Positions 1 to 11,880 of a stretch of 63,371 nt of DNA are shown here, in pieces. The position numbers and the translations under genes were made by a program. Position 1 is the stretch's first letter; the number at the start of each line of letters is the position of its first letter. Under the pieces are notes generated by a model that did no database searches, was not told the origin of the DNA, and was given only the letters and a program-made list of their open reading frames with translations. Source of the stretch: Mizuhopecten yessoensis (taxonomy: Eukaryota). The stretch lies in contig NW_018408881.1 of the NCBI RefSeq assembly GCF_002113885.1, positions 1,234,288 to 1,297,658 of the forward strand, in the 5' to 3' direction.

Positions 1-1212
1 CACCCCCAACCCCACCCCCACCACCATGTACCTAGTCTAACCAGTTATAGATGTACAAATGGTACTCATGGACCCCTTGATTTAAACTGGAATATACACC
101 CTCCAGATCAGAATAGATAATATTTTTCTGGTTTTCTAGTTTTTCTCAAACACATAATACACCATTTCTCGCCTATAAACTGCCCCATCCCTGCCTGTGT
201 CTTTTCTTTTTGTACAACCATTATACATTCTTTCAGGCTTGCATGAAACAAAGTGCACAATATATGCATTATGTAGAAAATTTGGAAAAGATCTGTAATA
301 TTTCTTTTTTACCCAAATATGCATATATATGCCTTGTTCAGTTTGCAAGGAACATCAAGCCTTCTGGGCCAGTGAATGGTCATCTTACATGAACATTAAT
401 TCAAATCGTGATAAAACGCAACATCCTTAATATTTATAAGTCCTTTAAGAAAACAAGTCAACATGTGTTAATGTTTGAAAAATGATATGTTTAGGGGCTA
501 GTTGGGCCAGTTGCCATAAAATTCAACTGGCCCTGAAGGCCATTTTATCATTTACAGTAAGTTGACCCCTGTGTACATCAGGCCAGACCAAAACAATATG
601 TGTTTCCTGCAACACGCTGAAAAGATTTAGGTAGGGTAGGTAACAAATTTGATTTTAACAAATAATATTATATGGTTTATATAGGAGAGTGATCTTGACT
701 TTAACAGTGCTTCTTTTAAAAATTGCCTTATTTTTTTTAGGGAAGGCACAACAAATTAGGGTAGGTAGGGTAACTGGAAACACCAAATACTTTTTGCTTG
801 ATCTAAGTCAGCATCAGGTCATTTATCAAAATCGTAGAATTATTTTCCTACATCGGTGTCTCTGTGACCTAAAAACTTGCATGAAATTATTATGGTACAA
901 TGTATAAAATCTATGTAGGACCCTCTTTAAAAAACCTCTGACATCTGTAAGTCAGCACAGGTCCTATACAAGTTCTGTAAAACCACAGGATGACACACGA
1001 CCAGTTATATTATAGAAATTCCAAATGGCCAGCGTTTGGTCCCATGGATACCTGGGTCAAGTCTGAACATACCTACAGCAGGTAAATACAACGCATCAGT
1101 GATGTTTTTAGATACAAAACAATAAAACCAATTTATAAATATACTGCAATCCATTGGTCAACCTCTATGCATATTATACATAGTGACATTGGGTTAATTA
1201 TCCCTCCCCATC

Positions 1213-1650
1213 TTAAAGATCCCTGTCTCACTGCACTGTTTTTTCTTATGTACAGTAACTTCCCCTTAACTTCCCCTCCCTTAACTTCCCCTTAACTTCC
1301 CCTTAACTTCTCCTTAACTTCCCCTTAACTCCCCTTAACTTCTCCTTAACTTCCATTTTGATATAACCGTAGCACAGTTGTGACAGGATACTTCCGTTGA
1401 CTAGGTACCGCAGTCGGTTAGAGTAACAGTCTAACAATCTGAGGTCCAAGGTTCGAATCCCGGTCCAGACTCGCTCAGAACACTGTTGTCGGTTATATTT
1501 TTGTTTATTTCATCTTTGTTATTTCTAATAAACGTCCCGCAAAGTATGGTGTTCTTTTCAGAAATGATATACCACAGCTATAGTAATACCATAGAAAACA
1601 GTTTCTTATACTTAGTTACAGATTTTGGGAAGTGGTAAATGGATCCTTAC
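1213..1650 (+). mobile_element. TTAA-flanked non-autonomous DNA transposon (Kolobok-like ends) with an internal tRNA-like segment, copy 1
   Basis: TTAAAGATCCCTGTCTCACTGC...GTGGTAAATGGATCCTTAC; internal CAGTCGGTTAGAG and GGTTCGAATCCC (1450-1461). Confidence 0.7.
1256..1353. repeat. 11-bp microrepeat (CCCCTTAACTT)n expanded inside a MITE
   Basis: About 8 imperfect copies. Confidence 0.9.
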
Positions 1651-1704
1651 GTTCTTGACATTATGAACTAAAGTTATGAACTCTGGGTGATGCATTCAAG
1701 TTGT

Positions 1705-1921
1705 GGGGGGCCGCGGTGGCCAAGTTGTTAAGGCGTCTGACAATCTGCTACCACCACTGGGTCGCAGGTTCGAGGCCTACGTGAGGCAGTCGCCAGGTAC
1801 TGGCCGTAGGTCGGTGGTTTTTCTCCAAGAAAATCTGGCTTCCCTCCACCAATAAAACCTGGCACGTCTTTAAATGACCATAGCTGTTAATAGGACGTAA
1901 AACACAAAAACACCCACCAAA
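1705..1921 (+). mobile_element. Full-length tRNA-derived SINE
   Basis: A box (GGTGGCCAAGTTGTTAAGG), B box (GGTTCGAGGCC), central GGTGGTTTTTCTCC..CTTCCCTCCACCA core and A-rich tail. 13-bp TSD GCATYCAAGTTGT at 1692-1704 and 1922-1934. Confidence 0.9.
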
Positions 1922-1939
1922 GCATCCAAGTTGTTAACA

Positions 1940-2144
1940 AGGCCAAATAAAAAAGTTTGTTTCCTTTTTTATGTGTGAACAAATTATGATATGTAGGTAT
2001 TAAAGTTTAATTTTCGTTTATATTGGAGAGCGATCTTTACTGTAACAGTGCTTCCTTCAAAACTGCTACAAAAAGTTTAGTGTAAGCACAAAAAATTTGG
2101 GTAGGTAGGGTAACCGGAAGCAAACCACATATTTTATTTGGCCT
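1940..2144. mobile_element. ~205-bp MITE with AGGCCAAATAAAA TIRs; diverged second copy at ~580-800
   Basis: The two copies share GGAGAGYGATCTT..TAACAGTGCTTC and GGGTAGGTAGGGTAAC. Confidence 0.7.
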
Positions 2145-2825
2145 AATTAAGCTACACTGTAATTAAAACAGTCATTTTTAAAATGCTGGTGAGTTAACTT
2201 TAATTAAAATGCAGGTAGATAAATTTGATTTTTGTTCTTTGTTAAATTATGCTAAGACAAACACAACAAATATACATTGATAACAGAACAAAATGGTAAA
2301 CAAATGGGAAGAGAAACGGCTGGGTTTGACTTAAGTTATTAGCGATCCGCCAATTTTGTCACCACGCTAAATTTTGTCATCGATTCAGATACATTTACTC
2401 ACAGCTGGTGTAAATTAGAAAAAGAACCCCACCACCTATCTTATATAGAGAATCTTAATACACCTGTTGCATGCAACGTACCATTGTGCCGCCTAAACAA
2501 CGTCCTGAATATTTGATGGCGTTGATCTGTCAGTGGACGGGCTTAGAATTTATGTACTTTTGCCATGATCAGAAAACAGAACTGTATTGTTGAGGCATGT
2601 TGTGATACTATTTAGCTCCGTTACCTTTCTCCAGGGTAGCCATTACGACGGGTCACAGGGTACTGTTCACTCCAGAATTCACAGTGCACTATTATTCATT
2701 CTGCAGTGGAGGCGTTCTTTGTTTTTTTCGGAATGGGAACAAATTATCTGTCTGCTGCTGGTTCATAATAGAAGTATTGTAATTAGGGATGAGCAGGATT
2801 TTATCTGTTTCAGATACAGTGAAAT

Positions 2826-4510
2826 CTGTCTAATCTGACCAGTGTGTACGTCAGCATACTGTCTTATCTGACAACTGTGTACATCAGCATACTGTCTAAT
2901 CTGACCAGTATGTACATCAGCATATTGTCTAATCTGACCAGTGTGTATGTCAGCATACTGTCTTATCTGACCAGTGTGTACATCAGCATACTGTCTAATC
3001 TGACCAGTTTGTACATCAGCATACTGTCTAATCTGACCAGTGTGTACATCAGCATACTGTCTTATCTGAAAACTGTGTACATCAGCATACTGTCTTATCT
3101 GACAACTGTGTACATCAGCATACTGTCTAATCTGACCAGTATGTACATCAGCATATTGTCTAATCTGACCAGTGTGTATGTCAGCATACTGTCTTATCTG
3201 ACCAGTGTGTACATCAGCATACTGTCTAATCTGACCAGTTTGTACATCAGCATACTGTCTAATCTGACCAGTGTGTACATCAGCATACTGTCTTATCTGA
3301 AAACTGTGTACATCAGCATACTGTCTTATCTGACAACTGTGTACATCAGCATACTGTCTAATCTGACAACTATGTACATAATCATACTGTCTAATCTGAC
3401 CAGTGTGTACATCAGCATACTGTCTTATCTGACAACTGTGTACATCAGCATACTGTCTTATCTGACAACTGTGTACATAAGCATACTGTCTAATCTGACA
3501 ACTATGTACATAAGCATACTGTCTAATCTGACAACTGTGTACATCAGCATACTGTTTTATCTGACAACTGTGTACATCAGCATACTGTCTTATCTGACAA
3601 ATGTGTACATCATCATACTGTCTAATCTGACCAGTGTGTATGTGAGCATACTGTCTTATCTGACAACTGTGTACATCAGCATACTGTCTAATCTGACCAG
3701 TGTGTACATCAGCATACTGCCTAATCTGACCAGTGTATACATCAGTATACTGTCTTATCTGACAACTGTGTACATCAGCATACTGTCTAATCTGACAATT
3801 ATGTACATAAGCATACTGTCTAATCTGACAACTGTGTACATCAGCATACTGTTTTATCTGACAACTGTGTACATAAGCATACTGTCTAATCTGACCAGTC
3901 TGTACATCAGCATACTGTCTTATTTGACAACTGTGTACATCAGCATACTGTCTAAGCTGACCAATATACATTGCCATGCTGTATAATCTCGTAAAAGTAT
4001 ATATACATTAACATACTGTATGATCTGACAACTGTATACATCAGCATACTGTCTAATCTGACCACTACATCAGCATACTGTCTGAGCTGACCATTGTATA
4101 CATTGTCATGACAACTGACAATCCGACAACTACATAAAACACTGTCTAATATGACAATTGTACATCAACATACTGTCTAATCTGACCACTGTGTACATAG
4201 ACATACTGTCTAATCAGACCACTGTGTACAGACATACTGTCTAATATGACCATCATGTACACTGACATCTGATATGTCTAATATGACTACTGTGTACATA
4301 AACATACTGTCTAATCTGACCACTGTGTACATAGACATACTGTCTAATCAGACCACTGTGTACAGACATACTGTCTAATATGACCATCATGTACACTGAC
4401 ATCTGATATGTCTAATATGACTACTGTGTACATAGACATACTGTCTAATCTGACCATTGGGTACATCGACATAATGTCTAATTGGACCACTGTGTACATA
4501 AACATACTAG
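2826..4510. repeat. 33-bp minisatellite (CATACTGTCTAATCTGACCAGTGTGTACATCAG); regular to ~3965, degenerate afterwards
   Basis: About 34 indel-free units, including a 231-bp (7-unit) higher-order duplication. A 134-bp duplication lies in the degenerate tail. Confidence 0.95.
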
Positions 4511-4834
4511 CTATTAAGCTATCTAATTCGATGTACTGGAGTAATAACATAACAACTAAAACTACCAAACACAAGACCTGTGTATTTAGACAACCTGTGA
4601 AATCTGACCAGTTTGTTGTGTCTCACAGGATATCTAGAAGAAAAGTTTCACAAATAATAAAATTAATTGGAAAGAGACACTTTTCAACTTCACCAATGCT
4701 TTCATTTGAAAAAATCTTAAGATTTCAGTTTGATGTGACAGGTTGAAATACTGACCTGGTAGCCCGAGTTTCCTCCGGCCCTGACACCAGATTTTGACAT
4801 TTTGACAGATACATGTAGATGTCTGGTGTGGGCT

Positions 4835-5030
4835 ACTGTGCTGGGTGCAATAGGTATGGTATTTCAGTGAAGTAGCAGTCTAATGTTGGCGTCAGATTTG
4901 TGCTATCGCAAGGAGGCAAGTACACCAACATACCGCCTCTAGTATACACACATACATTACACACTTTGAGGCATGTCCTTAAATGGCTTTAACTGAAGGA
5001 TGCTAAACCTATAAAATAAAACGAAAACCA
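4835..5030 (+). mobile_element. 5'-truncated SINE (Meta-domain-like core; 3' end shared with the SINE at 1705)
   Basis: GGTATTTCAGTGAAGTAGCA core and GGCATGTCCTTAAATGGC..GGATGCTAAAC tail. Confidence 0.55.
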
Positions 5031-7493
5031 AACCTTTGAAAAATTCTGAAGTTATAAAGAGATGTTTTTAGTCCATGAAACTGTCTGGGGGCCAGACTAC
5101 ACAAAATAGAAAATTATGACATGTTGCTCCATTGCTTCAATCAGCAAATGTACTTTATTTCTTAAGAAAGAGAAAAAAACAATTGTGATAGCATATATAG
5201 ACCTTACTATTAAATGTTACTCCATATATATAGGTATTTTTATCTAAATTAGAAGGTTTTCACATTTCCAGTTAATGGGTATAGTCAGGGTCAGGAAAAT
5301 ACATTGGGAAAACAGAACAATTATCTTACAGACTGAATGACCTTAGTTTAAAATTATCACACTTGTCATCAAACACATTTTATCTAAAGTCTTTTTTACA
5401 GCATTTTTCATAAAAAGTTAAAAGCTATTTGCCACTTTTCCCCAAGAAACTGATACTTCTTGTTGATAACACAATTATTTTCTTTAAAACATTTCAATTT
5501 CTTTACCCGCCCCACCCCCAACCACTCACCACCAAATCCTGAAAAACTGTCTTTTTATGTTCTCCTTTAAATCTAAATTATATCTATTATGTTAAAGATT
5601 AAAAGTAGGCAAATTTCTTTGAAGCTTTAAGGTTTTAAATATTCATGGGATTGATGAGGTTTTAAGAACCTTTGTAGTTCAGAAATAGACCGTTATAGTA
5701 TTCTAACATTTTGGTGTCAATTGCGACTGTTGACAGTGAATAGACATTTCATAGCTGAATGAACATATATCATCATTACACAGTTTTTCAAGGTATCATA
5801 CTAAATTTATGGCTTAGTCAGGTATGTGTGGTTGGGTTTTATTGGAGCAGTTTATCTTGTTTACAATATTTTATCATCTTTTGTGCCATTTTGTTAAAAG
5901 TAAGAAAGACAATATATTTTTATGTTAACAATGTAAACATCATGATAATTGCCAAACTTATTTTGTGGAGTGGGTATAGATAGGAATTGCTTTGAACAGA
6001 TTTAGTTCATATATATATATATAACCCATAGTATGGTAATATCAAATTTCACTCTGGTTTAGATTTTGGTGTTTATTGGTCAAGGTAAACGGTCAAAGGT
6101 CATGCTTGACTACTTTTGAAGTAAAAATCTTGTGTAAAAGATATCTCACAAATTAAACCACACAAGTCAACAATTCCATTCACTCTGTATGGTCAAGATC
6201 AAATTTTCACACCTCATTAGATTTTGGTAAGGTTGACCTTTTGTATAAACTTTGTTGAAAATTTATTAAGGAAGGAAGTCGGTAGGGTCATGACAATGAA
6301 TTTCGTTAGGACAGGACGTACATGGGTAACACTATATGCCCCCCCCCCTAACTTTTTTAAGGTTAGGGTGGGGGCGGGCATAAACATAAATGCTTTAGTT
6401 AGATCTACATGAGCCTCTCTCAAAGTCTCAAAGGGAAAATATAATTTGTAATAACGGTAATTTTTCTTGTATCTTTTATCATATTGCACAGACTGATTTG
6501 CTGCGTAATTCTTGCACCCAAATTTTTGATGTTTAATGTGTGGAATAAGAAATCCACCATCTTCATATCTTTGTTTTATATTCATAAAATATTACTTATC
6601 TATAGGTCTATATTTTCTTGTTTTTTAATCCTGGAAAAAGAATTTATGTTTTTTTTAGATTAAAAATGACCTGGGACTGTCAATGATAACATTTATTTTT
6701 GTAGATTGTTTTTAAAATTGATTTTTTTTAACGTGATGCAGCATTTCACTTCATGCAAGTTAGACCTCTTTGTATAAAGTTGTCAATGAAAAAATTTGAA
6801 AGCCTGGTTAGTTTACTGTTATAAAAACATATCCTGAAATGTTTTCATCTATACCATTTTTAACAATAATTCAAATTCATATTAATATTTAATTTTGTTG
6901 TTTTTAAAAAACAATGTAAGTTCTATTAGAAGTCGTCACAAAAATGTCAATTTTCTGATAAATTAGAAAAACAAAATGCTTGAAAATGTTCTTTTTAATC
7001 AAACAAGGCTTTAGCAATTTACGGCCCAAATGAACAGATGATCGATGTTGTAAACAAGTTAGGGTAAGAAATTGTTTAGAATTGTAAAATATATTACTTG
7101 TCCCCGACAGAATATAAAAGATTTCATGGTGATGGACACGAATAAAACCCAGTACAGCTTTTCTTTATTGAATAACATGTAATAATATACATACTTACCA
7201 GCTAGCTGTGTGTGCAATACGAAAGGAAATGCTATGCTTGTTTACACATCCCACAATACTTGCATGGGTAAATGGGCCCTAGGGGCCTATTGACTTTCAT
7301 TTTACAACCATTTATCTTGTTTATGGGGCAAAATTTAAATTTTAAAACTTGCAGTGAAAGATTGTAAAATAAATTTTATGCAGAAAAAATATTTCATTTT
7401 AAATTTTATGACTTTTATTTGTCATTCATGAGAAATATTATTGAATATTTTAGATAGATGGCTAGAGAGGTCACAAGAGGTCAAAGGTAACGA

Positions 7494-8534
7494 ATGGACA
7501 TGGAGTTGCCAAGGCGATTCTCCGGAGGTCGTCTGAGTCTTAAGGATGATTTTGACATAGATTTCAATGATGCAAGCCGTGCCTCAACTCCGATGAGCAT
7601 ACTGAGCTCCAAGTCGGAGGGTCGTCGACGAGAGCGCTCGTCACACCATCATACCCCGGAGGACTACAAAAGGAAAATCGCTCGACTGAAAAGTGAACTT
7701 GAGATGGAAAAAGCAAGAAATAAACAGGTATATCGTGACAAGTCTGTGGAAATAAAGTTAATACGAGAGTCGTATGCTCAGGACCGCAGTCGTGAATATC
7801 GCGAACTGGAGAAGAAACTCAGTCTAGAAAAACAAAAAGAGGTGGAAATCTTACAAGAAAACATAATCAAACGCAAGGATGAAGAGTTACAGCAGGTTTT
7901 TAGGTATAAAGAGGATGAGATGAGAAATCTGACAGAAAAACTCCGGAAGGAAAAAGAAACCAAGAGCATCACAGAGGACAAGAAACGTGAGTACAAGGAA
8001 GGGTTAAAAAAGATGCAAGAAGAATTACAAAAAATGAAAGAAGAAAAAGATAAAATTGAAAAAGAATATAAGAAAAAGTGTGATGATGAAAACAAGAAGG
8101 ATAAAGAATTCTCGGAAATCAAAGAAGGATATGATTCTGAGTTACGGAAAATTATAGGTGAATCAAAAAAGCTTGCTATGGGAAATTTACAAAAGCTGAA
8201 AAAGGCTGAGAAGGCCTTAGTGAATGATGGAAGTGCCTTAAACGAGGATGATGATATTTCACTTCTGGATCGCATGACACCATTTTCGGATTATTCCAGT
8301 CGCGCACCGAGTACAAGTCTCGGATTTCGTCTTGAGGATTTAAAGTTAGATGATCTTCGAATTGAGGAAGAGGATATTGAAAGTTTGTTAGCTTCGGCAC
8401 AATCTGCCCCTTCTGCCTTCACCAAGGTGCGACGACAAACCCCCGTCAGTCTTCCGTCTAAGTCGCCAAACCTAGTCAGCCCCCGTCCGTTCAGTGTTGC
8501 CAGCGACACAGGAGACCTGGACAGCACACTTGAG
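7494..8534 (+). CDS. Large first coding exon of a coiled-coil protein, RIMS-binding protein/JAKMIP-like N-terminus (gene continues beyond this exon)
   Basis: 347 open codons, E/K-rich heptads flanked by S/P-rich disordered segments. 'LKSELEMEK...ELEKKLSLEKQKEVEILQENIIKRKDEELQQVFRYKEDEMRNL' resembles, from memory, the N-terminal coiled coil of RIMBP3/JAKMIP proteins. Acceptor TTTTAG ends at 7453. Phase-0 donor GAG|GTATGC at 8534/8535, followed by T-rich intron sequence. Coding status is more certain than the family call. Confidence 0.8.
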
Positions 8535-11518
8535 GTATGCCAACTTTTATTTTTGATCTAAAAGTTAAATAATTGATTTGTTTATTTTTAGAGAATTTTT
8601 TTTTTTTTTTTTTTCAAAATGTTTTTCCCAAGATATACATAGGGAAGTTGTCTTTTCAAAACCCTCACAATATCCAGCTACCAGACAAGGCCTAAACCAC
8701 TACAGTAAACTGATTTTGCATACATGTGTACTGCATATGCATTGTATACTTAAACGTGCTGTACGTGTGCTTTATTTGTGTATGTATATATATATAAAAA
8801 CATATACTCTATGTATACTTATTGTGCAAACCATGTATACATATCATGCCGTTGTCACAAGACCAGATGCTGAATCATGTTTGAATAGTAAATCATGAAT
8901 GCATGACATTCATTTAACATTTTGATATGATACATCATGCAATTTGCAACTGAGGTCCTGATGTCTACATGTATTATGAGTGTTACATGTTTATATCGTG
9001 TGTTTATTTCATCCGAGTTGTTATTTTTATACCCCATTCAGGGTGACTGTTCATGCCCATTAGATGTTTATGTATTGTGCATGTTACGAGTTGATTTCTG
9101 TATAAGACATCTGAATTAGTGTTGATATCGTGTTCAGAGTTAGTGTTTTGTGCACCATGCTAACATGTTGATTTCTGTATCAAATGTTTTAGGTGTTTAT
9201 GATTTGGTGTATCCTGCAATCCTGACGTGTTTGAATCATGTGCCTTTTTGCATCTGTTTTGTGTATCATATAGATTCTGTACAAGATTTATTGTTGTAAG
9301 ATAGAAAACTTCACAATGTATTTTGGAAAATTTATAAGATATGTATTATGAATATATTTTTATTCCAAACACAACCACAGATACCAACTTGAGTAATGTA
9401 TTTCTGTATATTAGGGCTGTAGAACCTGGCCAATATACAATATATATAGCTATATACTTACATGGTATATATCTTTGCCGTTTGTTTCACTAGTGTGTTT
9501 GACAGACTGATAAGGTTACTGGGTGAACGTATAGGGGTATGTATATGTATTTGGTTAGATTAAAACGAGGTCAGATATTTACTTAAAGCCTCGTAAGAGG
9601 GCGACAAGATTTATCTAGAGTTCACACCTATTATCTACTCGTGTAAATAGGGCAAAGCAAAACAAAAGAACTGGCATTTATACTGTCATAAATACTGCCC
9701 ATATTTTTGAAATATGTCAGGCCAAACAAATTATACTGTTTCCTATAATACGACAAGGGGATGGAGACCCAACGTCCCTGCAAGGATGTCAGCATGTAGG
9801 ATGTAAATCAAACATGACATTTTATACCAGATTCAGTGGTGTTGTTGCTCATCATTTCTATTTTCATTTGTTTCCTATAATGTTTTGTAGCATGTAGGAG
9901 GACATTATTTTTGTTTTCCATAAAGATTTTTTACGTTGTGTCTTAAGATGTTCGGGGAAACTTATAGGTCAACACGATTTCAATGTTCACAGTATGGGCC
10001 CTAACGTTTCTACTGATACCTTCATTCAATTGATTGAGCCGAACACGTCATTAACATGTGGTTTCATGTTGAGAAATATTTGCACAAAGTATTTAGATTA
10101 TTGATGAGACTGAATAAATTATCGTAAGATCGGAACTATATAATAGTCAACTACCTGGAACCAAATTCCAAGACATTATTATAGACACGTGCAATGTTAG
10201 TAAACATCTAATTTGAGCCGTATAATGCACATGTACTTGCTTGTTGTGGGTACGATTCATTAATTGTTATCACGCATGGATGCACACAATATTGACAACA
10301 CTTTACACTTTAATTGTCTGCTCGGTGAATGCTGTGCAGCAAGCTCGAAATTCAATATTTTGTTTTGTTATTATTTGATTTTCAGTTATACTATGCCATA
10401 TTGTTATGGTGTAGATTAGCGTACAAGCTTCAGGGTGAAAATTGTAGAGTATGTGTTCTGCGTCGGAGTATTATTTGAAATCAACAGATTTGCAAGACAA
10501 GGAATATATGACTTGTTATAACTTTTTAGGTGTTCAGCTGTCAATGAAATTTGCCTCCTATAACTAAAAGCAGAATGATATTTTTTTTTTTTTTTTTTAA
10601 ATTTATCAAATTGAGCTGACCTAATATTTTTTTCGCAACCCCCAACCCCATCATGCCCCCCCCCCCAACTCTCAAAAATATGTGCGCAACTACTTTGCCA
10701 TCTTTACCTTTCATCTGTTTCTAATTGGTTTTTAAGTCTAATCAGGTGTCAATATGTTCAGCCAGGTATGAACTTGACCTGGTCTGTTGCAGATAATTGA
10801 TACATTTTATCAGTTTAACTTTGGCATTCCAATAATACAGACTCCTTATATATTGTCTAAACACATTGGCTGGGTATTTATCAATATTGACCTGGCGCCT
10901 GGTAATGAAATGACAGCTGACATAAAACTGGAAAATTGATTTATTTTGTTGACAATGTAACTTGCTATGATGTTCAAGGCTCTGGGATCAATGGACAGTA
11001 CATAAATATACATTATGAGTCCCCCATCGGTACTTACCGGAGAGGGTTATGCATGACTGATCACCATCCATCCTTTCTTCTTTCTATCTGTTTGTCTTTC
11101 CATCCTTCTATCTGTTTGTTCAGCTTCCAGAGGCCATCATGTTATATTTATGAATTAGATTTCATCAAATGTTGACATATTGTATGTTTTATGATACATG
11201 TTTATGTATTTTGATAAAAACGTTATAGGGATATGTATAAACGTATCTGAATTTTTGGAATGATGTTGTGTTCCACTGACTGTAGACACGGGCTTTGACA
11301 AATTATTTTCCTTTCAAGTTTATATCATTTCCTCTATATTGGAGCAGGGAAAACTATTAAAGCTGCAGGTCTCTCTAGGGAGTTATCTAGAACATTTAGA
11401 AATTATTTCCAGCTCTGTGTTGCAGAACGGTGCTACCATAATAAATATTGTGACCTATTTAGCAATGTGCATATATATGCTCGATCCCTGCTTTATAATC
11501 AAGGGGTCCATTGGGATT

Positions 11519-11880
11519 CATCCTCGATATCCAGGGGTTACGCTAACTTTCACTCTCTACACCCCTGGAATATGTCATAGCAAAATTGAAGGCACAAAGC
11601 TAGATAGCTGTTTGATTGGTCTGAGGTAAAACAAAAACTGACCAATCGCTAGGCTGATACCTGTCCTTTGAAGATTACAAAGGAGAGATGCAGGACTTCA
11701 AAGCCTGTCAACTTTTAGGTTGCCTGACCACGAGATTCTTTTGAATGTACGTCAAAGGATCAAACTAGTGTTCTCGTCTCATCCACAAGGTGGCGCACAC
11801 TGAGCATTCAATTTTGCTATGACATATTCCAGGGGTGCAGAGAGCGAAAGTGAGCGTTACACCCCTGGATATCGAGGATG
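11519..11880. mobile_element. 362-bp MITE with ~70-bp TIRs and a 9-bp TSD (Mutator-like)
   Basis: CATCCTCGATATCCAGGGG...CCCCTGGATATCGAGGATG; flanks ATTGGGATT / ATTGGGATC. Confidence 0.9.

Noticed and set aside
1405-1790. tRNA genes suggested by GGTTCGA motifs (1450, 1768; also ~52720, ~59995)
   Set aside because: No complete cloverleaf, and each lies inside a SINE or MITE.
2844-3986. 380-aa + strand 'membrane protein' ORF
   Set aside because: Translation of the minisatellite, with a GTG start inside the array and no unique sequence.
7778-8527. Antisense ORFs 7778-8275, 8176-8400 and 8291-8527
   Set aside because: Shadows of the E/K-rich coding exon on the + strand.
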